DNA of 63,435 bases, the filler included, from Octopus bimaculoides (Eukaryota), in assembly GCF_001194135.2 (NCBI RefSeq). It is 6 parts of 6 records of this genome, joined end to end, with 100 filler letters (N's around TTAATTAATTAA, not from the genome) between each part and the next. Parts side by side here need not be neighbours in the genome. Positions count along the whole stretch, not along the records: positions 45,838 to 54,986 come from NC_068981.1; positions 55,087 to 60,442 come from NC_068986.1; positions 60,543 to 63,435 come from NC_068985.1; 3 more parts are not named here. One strand, written 5' to 3'. The notes under the pieces were generated by a model. That model searched no databases. It worked only from the letters and a program-made list of their open reading frames with translations, and was not told the DNA's origin. Below, piece by piece: positions 53,017-63,435 of this stretch. Both the position numbers and the translations under genes were made by a program. Every line of letters begins with the position of its first letter. Position 1 is the stretch's first letter.

Positions 53017-53128
<112 letters not shown>

Positions 53129-53386
53129 GTATGAATTCCATGAAGAATCCTTTCATAACGTAGAGCGATAATGAAATAGCATTTTGGCTTATCATTCCAA
53201 TTTTTTTGTGTGAAAGGAAATATATTTTTAATACACCAACAAATAATGGTTTTATTACGGAGATTTTTCTTGTCAAATGTGGATTCATTGTCCCTGAAAC
53301 AGTTCGATGGCATGTTCGTGTTACGAAGCTGAAATGCGGATATTGCAACGTAACAAAGCAACTATACATCGTTCTTATTTTTTGGT

Positions 53387-53765
53387 TGTTGGAACTCCGT
53401 CGCTTACGACGTCGTGGGTTCCAGTTGATTCGATCAACGGAACAGCCTGCTCGTGAAATTAATGTGCAAGTGGCTGAGCACTTCACAGACACTTGTACCC
53501 ATAACGTAGTTCTCGGGGATATTCAGCGTGACACAGTGTGACAAGGCTGACCCTTTGAAATAGAGGCACGACAGAAACAGGAAGTAAGAGTGAGAGAAAG
53601 TTGTGGTGAAAGAGTACAGCAGGGTTCACCACCATCCCCTGCCGGAGCCTCGTGGAGCTTTAGGTGTTTTCGCTCAATAAATACGCACAACGCCCGGTCT
53701 GGGAATCGAAACCGCGATCCTATGACCGCTAGTCTGCTGCTCCAACCACTGGGCCATTGCGCCTC
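53387..53765 (-). mobile_element. Ceph-domain SINE, full length, CpG-intact
   Basis: Minus-strand head gaggcgcaatggcccagtggttggagcagc...gcggtttcgattcccagaccggg; Ceph-like core; tail ...taagcgacggagttcc. Confidence 0.9.
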
Positions 53766-55107
53766 TACTTCTATATATTATTACGTGTTTAAATTTAATT
53801 TTCTGTGGTGACACTTTGACAGATGAATTATAGCATAATTGAGGGGAACAGACTTGGATGTAGAATACGTAGCCGCTTAGAATATAAATTTCAAGCTTAA
53901 GTAATAAGCAGGTCAAAAAGGTGAATGCTTGTCGCGAAGATCTAGAAAGACTCCACAACCAACCAATGATAACGCTTCTTTAATAAGACATATAATCATT
54001 TATTTCGATATACTTTCAGTTTACATCTCAGTATTTGTAGTGAGAGTTTATATGACGTTATATTCCTCTATAGATTTAGCAACATAGTGTTGTTCAGCAT
54101 GTTAGCATTGCTTTTCATCAGCAGTGAGTTGCATGGTTCATTATTTTGCATATGTTATTTAAAAAAAAAAAAAAAATTTCACGGGAAGCAAATGGATTTT
54201 ATAATATCAACACAATCTCTGAAAATATTAAAAAAAATTTAACCGAATCAATTTGTCATTGCTTCGAAGTGATTCGCCAAATAACCTGTCTACGTTTGAT
54301 GGTCACTAAACAAGCCAGTAAAGTAATTGATCGTGATCAGTATCATAAACAACTGTTTTTATTCAGAACCGTTTGTTATGCACACAATGTAATCTACAGA
54401 TTTCGACATTGAGAAAAAATGTTACTAATTAACAATCCATTTGTAATCCCTTATGAAACTGATAAAATCTTTTAGGATTCATTATGTTTACGATGACAAA
54501 AACTGCTACACTAAAGATCTAAGATATGCATTAAGATCTCCGGCAGAATAGTGAAATTTACATGAGATATTCTCCTCATTTCACTTTGAAGATGTGTACG
54601 ACAATCAGCCTTCATGTTGTCAGTTTTACATGTGGAGTTGTACACTGCGATACTATGCAACCAGATTATAAGTGCGAGATTAAATACTGAAAGCCAAGTT
54701 TCTAATTTATTCGTGAGAGTTAGAGTAGCAAGTTTCTGATGTTTATAATGATTCAATTAATATAAATATTCTCTAAGTTGTTCATATTGATACTCAGTGC
54801 GTCAATCTGCAACTTGATATTAAAAATATATATACCAGAATTTAATATAAATAAAGTTAAATGTGAAAAAAGTTTTACAAATGTTTGTAAGGTATAAAAT
54901 AACAATACATAAATATATAAATGTATTAACAGATCTTAAATGGACATATTTTGTACTTAGAGGAGGATCGAAATATAGAAACCACTNNNNNNNNNNNNNN
55001 NNNNNNNNNNNNNNNNNNNNNNNNNNNNNNTTAATTAATTAANNNNNNNNNNNNNNNNNNNNNNNNNNNNNNNNNNNNNNNNNNNNCTGCCTGCCTGCCT
55101 GCTTGCC

Positions 55108-55166
<59 letters not shown>

Positions 55167-55666
55167 GTGTCTCTCTCTCCCCCTCTCTCTCTCACCTAGA
55201 AATTTGTACTAAATTCGCAAAAAACTCTTTTATCTGATTTTGGAGGCGATACTGGTACATATAAAGCGCATGTGCCAAATCCATTATTGGTAAATAAATA
55301 AATGCAGTCTATGCATTCATATATGGGCATAGGAACGGGAACAAAATTAGTTTAAGGGGTTCAAATCCAAGTCCAACCCATGATATTCAAAGCGTCTTCG
55401 TTGTCCACCAAAAATTTTATTGGGTGCACTTGCATCCACTGCACCCCCCCCCTGTTCCCGAACTTGTGTATATGGAGAAGGTACATATCATTACCTTCGC
55501 ATTTTAGCAAAGAAATCTTAAGACAAGTAAACATAAAGATTTGAACTTAAAACTGCAAGATGCAGCCCATCTTATGACAATGAAGCAACGTAGTTCCTCA
55601 GTAATTTTTTTATTCTCCTTTAAAATCACGAAAGTATTAACTGAAATTCCATAATATGAGTGGATA

Positions 55667-55854
55667 TAAGGGTGTCGTGAAAGATCTGGTTGGAGGCCCA
55701 AACTTCCGTTCTTTTACAGGGCTTAGAAAAATTGAAGGACCATTGCAATAAGTGTGTGAATCTGAGAGGGGAATATGTTCAATAAAATCATAATTAACTG
55801 ATCCTCTGTATTACCATTTATCCAAAGCCAAGATCTTTTCAGCACCCCTTCATA
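55667..55854 (+). mobile_element. Mariner deletion derivative
   Basis: Imperfect TIRs agggtgtcgtgaaagatct / agatcttttcagcacccct; KDHCNKCVNLRGEYVQ* resembles a mariner transposase C-terminus. Confidence 0.75.
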
Positions 55855-56199
55855 CATTTAAAATCACTGAGATGGGGTGTGGGTGTGGGGGAAGAGACGA
55901 TTCAAGGGCGACAACCCACTATATAGTTTATAAACGAAACAAAGTTATCAAGTATTAGACATAAAAAAGCTGGCACTCCCGCCATTCTTAATTCAGACTC
56001 ACTTATGCCTCAATCGATCAATTAAACTTAATGAATACTTCATAAATTTTCTTTGCGTAACAGAAATCAAATCTAAAGGTGATAATTACATTTTCTTCGT
56101 TTATATTTATTTGTGTATCAAGACCACTAGCAACATCTTCTAATGGATCATTTACTACTGCATGTAATAAAGCAAGGGAAATAACTTAAATTTATTAGT

Positions 56200-56640
56200 T
56201 GCGTCCCTTAGACGATTTTCTCTTGTTGATAAACAGTAGACAAATTTAGCTGTCAGACTGAGGTAATCTGGCTTTTACACCTAAGTCCTAGAGGTAGGTG
56301 TAAGGATTTTGTGGGCAAATCTACATGCGATCTTATAAAGCAGCCCTCGATTTCCGGGAAAAAGGGAACCGGAACTCTTAAGGCAACGGCAGAAGCAGCT
56401 GAGAAGAGTTCTAATTAGACCTGGTCAAGGAGGAATGGAAGTGAATTACGGTCAACTTGCATCTTCAACTGAACTGGTTACAACACATAAGACACCTCGG
56501 ATCTAGGCACCTTAACAATCTAGAAGGGTTGCAATGTAGACAACAGCGCAGAATGCAGCAGCAGAAGAGTATCAAGGAATCATGAGCTGAATGCAGCCTC
56601 TAAGCTTGTAAAGGAGTATAGGGCGGAAACACTTGTATAA
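56200..56640 (+). mobile_element. HERO-like element: RLE domain C-terminus plus 3' UTR
   Basis: LEVGVR/DFVGKSTCDLIKQPSISGKKG...KATAEAAEKSSN*TWSRR resembles PVEVGCRGFVGxST...GIxG...AExxSxWxWxxR. Confidence 0.7.
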
Positions 56641-58223
56641 AATCTTCTCTGAAGATCTTATGCTGTTTAGCTCTCCCTGGAATTTCATATTTCTTTCACT
56701 ATTTTTAGATTTGCAGTTTGCGTAGAAGTTAACCATCGCGGAGCAGAAGAAGTGATTGTATCGGTCATGCCATTTTCAATGTGGTTGATTAGCAGAAATG
56801 TTGCCATTGGTGGATTGGTGGACATTGTTAGAAAGTTGGACGAGATACATTGCGTTTCTGAGTAAAGTAGATTTAATCAGTTGCTCGGCTTAACATTATT
56901 ACTTTTGTCTTTGAGTGCCTAAGTGTCTTTTACTTTACCTTTTATCTTTTGTTTGTTTCAGTCATTTGATTGCGGCCATGCTGGGGCACCGCCTTGAAGG
57001 ATTTTAGCTACATTTTGGCATAAAAATAATGAGATTTGGTCCAGCAGAAAAAAGTTTACATCAAAATTTGTAGTAAGGAGGAGAGTAAGTAACGCCTCCA
57101 ATCAAGTTTAGATCTAAATAACTTTTGTATTTTAAAAGCAAAATATATTTATCTTAGCTTCAGTGATAGAAGAAAGCATAAGGAATTTCATTGATTTGGT
57201 CTCATGCAACAAAAGTTTGTATCAAAAAAGTTGTGAGGTAAAATATCATGAAAAAAAAAAGTGAGGCAAAAAATTGGATTTAAGTTTAATTAACTTTTAT
57301 ACAAACTATATTTTAATTAAGCTTAAATGATAGAGTTCAATTCGAGGAATTTCATGGTATCAATCTCATGCACTGAAGTTTCAAAAGAAAGAAGTTATGA
57401 GTGTTTGTTATTCAAGTTCTATACATTTTTATGAATATAATTTTATAAGGGGACTTTTAATATATGTCACCGGCATCATTGAGGTGCGGAAAAAATTATC
57501 AACGACACCACTAATTTCACATTTGACACATTATTAATTAGCATAATTAATAATGGAAAAAACATGGATTACATGGAAAAAAAGATCTGAGCCCGAACCT
57601 TCGTGGTTTGGAAGCAAGCTTCTTACCACACAGCCATACCTACGCCTTGCAAGTTCTTGTATGCAAAGTGTATTCAATTGCAAGCTTTCCGATTCAGTTT
57701 TCTGGTTTGAGAATAACATACTCTCTTCCTCCTTCTAGTTTCTGATGCCTTGTAAAAAAAAAAAAATGTTATGGATGCTTCCCTTCTCTCTCCCATTAGG
57801 AACCCCTTTCCAATTATATATAAATAATATAAAATAAAATAGGACTAAGGGATTAGATGTGAAATATCTACAACTAACAGTTTAACCTCCTCAGGGTGGG
57901 GAACCAGTTACCGTTACCTTCGTAGTCCCTCTTGGGCTGGTTAGACCCAGGCAATCGAAACATTTTAGACTCGATGTCCACAGTTGCAATGTATATAATA
58001 AGATAAGCGAAAGCTTGATCTGAATGCTTTCAACAGAATTAGAGTTAAATGAAATTTGTAAAACAAGATGAGTTAGTGAACTGTGAAGAGAGGTGTGTCA
58101 TGATATTTTGGACAAAATGCTTCAGAAAAAATAAACGAGGAATGTGATGGAAAGTTGTAAATAAAGTTGAAAAATATAAGAGAAAATTGCCTGACATGAA
58201 ATAAAGTTGAACAATAGATTTAG

Positions 58224-58518
58224 AATATTCTTTTCTACTCTAGGCACAAGGCCCGAAATTTTTGGTGAGGGGGCCAGTCGATTAGATCGACCCCAGTATG
58301 CAACCGGTATTTAATTTACAGGCCCCGAAAGGATGAAAGGTAAAATCGACCTCGGCGGAATTTGAACTCGGAACATAAAGACAGACGAGAAATACGGTTA
58401 AGCAGTTCGACCAGCATACTAACGTTTCTTATTTCTTTATTGCTCACAAGAGGCTAAACATAGAGGGGACAAACAAGGACAACAAGGCATGCTAACGTTT
58501 CTGCCAGCTCGCCGCCCT
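58224..58518 (-). mobile_element. SINE family B dimer with an internal deletion in unit 1
   Basis: Reverse complement of 6648-7084; head ggcggcgagctggcagaaacgttagc. Confidence 0.88.
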
Positions 58519-58694
58519 GATATGTTTAGAATATTGAATGAAGAATAATCACCTATTCAGAACTACGAAGTTGGATAATGAAGTACTTGAAGCGATTAAA
58601 CGATACGTAAACACATTTCAACAACAGCAACCACAACTACAACCATCAATAGCAACCAACAACTGTTGCATTCAATACGTACAATATGCTCCCC

Positions 58695-58711
58695 AGATCG
58701 GAAGAGCGTCG
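58695..58711 (+). other. Illumina adapter remnant (assembly artefact)
   Basis: AGATCGGAAGAGCGTCG immediately before an N gap. Confidence 0.95.
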
Positions 58712-59222
58712 NNNNNNNNNNNNNNNNNNNNNNNNNNNNNNNNNNNNNNNNNNNNNNNNNNNNNNNNNNNNNNNNNNNNNNNNNNNNNNNNNNNNNNNNN
58801 NNNNNNNNNNNNNNNNNNNNNNNNNNNNNNNNNNNNNNNNNNNNNNNNNNNNNNNNNNNNNNNNNNNNNNNNNNNNNNNNNNNNNNNNNNNNNNNNNNNN
58901 NNNNNNNNNNNNNNNNNNNNNNNNNNNNNNNNNNNNNNNNNNNNNNNNNNNNNNNNNNNNNNNNNNNNNNNNNNNNNNNNNNNNNNNNNNNNNNNNNNNN
59001 NNNNNNNNNNNNNNNNNNNNNNNNNNNNNNNNNNNNNNNNNNNNNNNNNNNNNNNNNNNNNNNNNNNNNNNNNNNNNNNNNNNNNNNNNNNNNNNNNNNN
59101 NNNNNNNNNNNNNNNNNNNNNNNNNNNNNNNNNNNNNNNNNNNNNNNNNNNNNNNNNNNNNNNNNNNNNNNNNNNNNNNNNNNNNNNNNNNNNNNNNNNN
59201 NNNNNNNNNNNNNNNNNNNNNN

Positions 59223-59271
<49 letters not shown>

Positions 59272-60068
59272 ACAAACACACACTCTCTCTCTCTCTCTCG
59301 CTCACCCCTCACCCCTCACCACACCCACGCGTACGTATAGTCTATTAGTATGTTCAACATGTATTCTGAAATTAGAAAATATGTCATTAGCTAGCTCACA
59401 GGGAAGATTTAATGGCATTTGTTTTGAGAAATAACAGCCACATCTCCCTCAAATCACACTCTACTTGTTTGAAAATGATGAGGAATAATAGAAGTTTAGT
59501 TGGAGTTGTATTAGTAAAGGCAGAATCACATGAATTTGCCCCGTTGTATTACGAAAAGAATGATTGGAAAGTATGTTTGTATGACGTCAAACTTCATTGT
59601 TCTTTTTTTCTCTTCAGTCTTTCTTTAATCTTTTTTCTTTTTCTCTCTCTTTTCTCTTAGTCTAGAATAGTGAAGTTAAAAAATAAAGAGAATGACACAT
59701 AAAGAGAGAGGAGAGTGAGTGAGCGAGAGAGAGATATAGAGAGAGAAGAAGAGAGGGAGAAAGAGAAAGAGAGAGGGTGAAAGAGAAAGAGAGAGAGAGA
59801 GAGAGAAAGAAAGAGAAATATATATATATATAGAGAGAGAGAGCGAGAGAGAGCAGCAATGATTATAAACATTTTACTTCGAAAATCATTCTCGTCGATT
59901 GAAACCTCAAATCACATTCTTCTTGTTTGAATTATGTCGGACATATTGGACAATGTAACGTAGTCTCTGTTTATCGAACAATGAGCTGATAACGGCTTCA
60001 AAGTGTTTTCCCCATGGGTTAGTTTCATCAAGAGCAAAAATCACCTTTAAATTTCATTCCATTGTCAC

Positions 60069-60140
<72 letters not shown>

Positions 60141-61619
60141 GGACAGACGGTAGACGTGTCGGCTCCGTAAGTTTTGACTTTTCATGTTTTAAAAAGTTTG
60201 TTTGTAAAGTTTATTTTATATAGAAAGTTGTATAACAACTTGTATACTCTCTAGTGCAAGATTTTTGCGACGGAAATCTGCCCTGTGTGGCACATTTCCA
60301 GGATATAAAAACCAATTTCGGCTTTCTAGCCATTTTTTTTGAGACGATGGCGTCTTGTAGCCATGAAAATTTTTGTGAAACGAACGCTGCATTTTGCAGT
60401 GTTTCGTTCGAAAAAGAATTTCCTAGTCTTCCTTCCTCACAGNNNNNNNNNNNNNNNNNNNNNNNNNNNNNNNNNNNNNNNNNNNNTTAATTAATTAANN
60501 NNNNNNNNNNNNNNNNNNNNNNNNNNNNNNNNNNNNNNNNNNTATATATATATATATAAATGTATGTATGTATGTATGTTTGTATGTATATATAGTTCAC
60601 AGATGACATCCAGATATTCTCCATATAGAAGACACTTAGTAGTGCTCAAAAGATGCAAACTTAGACTCTGATGTCTTACAGGGGATCATTCTACAAGGTA
60701 AAGAAAGGTTATAAGAGGGATCAAGTTGAGCGGATATAGAAGTAATTATGCGGATAAGCAGATTAGACACATCAAATATATTAAATATATTAAATATATC
60801 AAATACAAAATATGTATATATGCATATATGGAAAAGGTAGAAAGTTTCAGATGATGATTTTATATATATATATATATATAGATATAGATATGTACATATT
60901 TATATTAATAGGTCCATCTTACACAGCGTACAAACGACAGAAAAAAATTAAAGAGGAGGAAGAAAGGTATTATAAATCCAGCAGCTGTTTCTAGGGACTC
61001 GGCGATCCACAATAACGCTGGTAGATTTAGTTCATCACAAAATGCGACCGTATGGATACATTAAACATAGGAATAAAGATTATAGAATTATTGGTTGAGA
61101 TAGTGAGAAAAGGAATGACAATTATTTGAGGGAAGCGAAGTGTTTTGTTCAGTAGCAGAGGAAGATTAGTAAGGTATGTAGGAAGGTATGAGAGAAGACA
61201 GAGAGAGTGGACACGGTGGGGGTGAGTTGGTGGTCAAGATAAAAGTGGTTTGTGGGATAATGAATGTGGGTTAGTATTGGAAGTGGGGTACAATAAATGC
61301 AAAGGTGTGTGAAATTGAATAAAGGGACGTGAATAGAGAGGGGGAAGGATTGACATGTTAGTATCCAAATAAGTGGGGTACTATAAAGCACTTCTGGTTG
61401 AAAAGGGGAAATGAAAGATCATTTGTGAGGGTGGGAGGGCTATGAGGGAGGTGGGGTGTAGTGGGTTAGAGGAATTTGCTAAGGTAACAATTAGAAAGAA
61501 TATTTTAATAAAGAGGGTAATATTAATTGAGGTCGTAAGTTGCTAAGCTGACCTTGTCGTACATCAAGATTAATTTTGATTAAGGATACTTATAGTTATG
61601 GGATTACATAGATTTCATA

Positions 61620-61880
61620 AAATGCGCATATGATCAGTAAAACCTGTGTTTACAAAAACACAAGCATGCAGTTTCACACAGACAGAAAGTTAATGCTAAA
61701 CACCAGATATTGTTATCAAAGACGAAAAATAAAACATTTCTGAATGTAAATATCTGGATCCATCAGACGATAATAACTCGAAAGAATGACAAAATTATGC
61801 AAACATATAAGACTGAGGAAAGATAATCTTAATGCGGTGCGTGAAACGAGAACCAAACCTTATGATAATGGACACTTGGA
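61620..61880 (+). mobile_element. R4/Dong-type restriction-like endonuclease domain remnant
   Basis: MQFHTDRKLML/TPDIVIKDEK...PSDDNNSKE resembles IxTDRxIxANxPDIVIKD...PxDxNxxxKE. Confidence 0.55.
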
Positions 61881-61884
61881 GAGG

Positions 61885-62080
61885 TAGTTCGATGCCGTCG
61901 GCCGGCGTCGTCGGACGCTGGACTGGCGGACCAGTCAAACTGCTCGGAATCTGGTACTGTCCTGATCTCCAGGTGAATAAAAACTGGGACGATGTGGCGA
62001 ACAGAGTGGCGAACAGGGTGGCTTATCTTACCCAGAAATGGGCAGACAGGAAGATGTCATTGAGAAGAGGTGGAGGAGGA
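61885..62080 (+). mobile_element. Tx1/L1-clade ORF2 fragment
   Basis: VGRWTGGPVKLLGIWYCPDLQVNKNWDDVANRVANRVAYLTQKWADRKMSLR; 12-bp tandem duplication at 61994-62017. Confidence 0.75.
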
Positions 62081-62678
62081 AGAAGAGGGGAGGAGATGGA
62101 TGGATTACATCTAAAAGTTCTCTGACAAGCAAGAATCAAAGAATCGAAGTCTAATCAAGCTAAAATATTCTACCTCACATGTGACACTGACTAAGATTTC
62201 CAAAGGGGTTTGACACTCCGTCCACCAAGTTCAAGTGAATTGTTAATGAACATATATAAATAAAGAAAAAAAAGAATATAGGAAAAGAAAATAATTAGTA
62301 TCACTTTTAGATAAATGTTCTGTAATTACGGAACAGAGAGCAGTATGTAATTAAAATAAGTTTAATCATTTAACGTGGAACGAGAAGCAAGACTCAAGTA
62401 GCTTATAAGGATTCATTAATTTGATGTAACTCTATAATTATGTATGAGTGTGTGTGGGGGGGCGTGTGTGTGTGTATGTAGTGTTGTTGATTAGCAACTT
62501 ATTTTTGACAAAAAACGAAGAAATACTGTAGCTATGTAAAAATAAAATTCATTTCCACACACTCACATAATCTTGCACACACAGGAATACACAGTCATAT
62601 TAATATGTGGATGTCTGTACATAAGTGTGGGTTTCATACATACATACATACACATACGCATACAGAGAGACATATTGG

Positions 62679-62746
<68 letters not shown>

Positions 62747-63181
62747 AAGGTACCGCACAAGTCAAAATATATATGAAAGAAGGTTTGAAAATGCAAAGGT
62801 CTTTTATAGATGTTTATTGACTTTACAGGTTTCACATTTTTAGAAAAAGATTTTCAAAAGTAAAATGTACAGCTTTGTATAAGCCTTGTTGTGTTAAAAA
62901 TGGTTATCACAAAAGTATTAAAATACGGTTATACAGTCTTTGATAATGATAAGAAAATGTTAAAAACAGTTTACAAGAAAGTATTCACGAAAGTATTCCC
63001 CACACTTGAGCACAAACCCACACACATTCCAAGAAAAAATGCATACATATATACACTTGCAATACGATTCCAGCAACCATAACCAACACTCACACACACA
63101 TACACACATACGTAAACAGGTACACGCACATACCTGCACACACCACCCTGACAATTACAAATCACACTCACAAAAACACAC

Positions 63182-63435
63182 CCACACATACACAGATACA
63201 CACACAAACACGCAAATACAACACAACACACACACAAACACAATATGCCTGTTCCCAGTAAAAATTCAAACACACACACACATACACAGATACACACACA
63301 AACACGCAAATACAACACAACACACACACAAACACAATATGCCTGTTCCCAGTAAAAAGTCAAACACACACACACATACACAGATACACACACAAACACG
63401 CAAATACAACACAACACACACACAAACACAATATG
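63182..63435. repeat. 94-bp tandem repeat, about 2.7 copies, running off the window
   Basis: caatatg recurs at 63241, 63335 and 63429; copies nearly identical. Confidence 0.9.

Overview
Repeat-saturated animal genomic DNA from a fragmented short-read assembly: about 6.7 kb of N in 20 gaps, five artificial TTAATTAATTAA gap spacers and one Illumina adapter remnant. The tRNA-derived SINE families (including Ceph-domain SINEs) and extreme microsatellite load point to an octopod cephalopod, very likely Octopus (inferred). No ORF in the six-frame track is a recognisable host gene. Most are microsatellite or N artefacts; the informative ones are decayed retroelements (RTE, Tx1/L1, R4/Dong, HERO-like, CR1-like, Penelope-like). 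hAT and Tc1/mariner MITEs and a 200-bp-arm foldback are also present. Weak host-gene traces: a phase-compatible exon pair at 7.3-8.1 kb in a CpG-depleted domain, a microexon-intron-exon arrangement at 18.4-18.65 kb, and a possible first exon at 31.7 kb. The best finding is a type I hammerhead ribozyme fold (43782-43871) inside a 357-bp unit with terminal direct repeats, resembling a retrozyme or Penelope pLTR. A second, truncated hammerhead-like motif lies at 26.44-26.52 kb. All translations, alignments and counts were done by eye; no database searches were run, and family labels A/B/C/E are my own.
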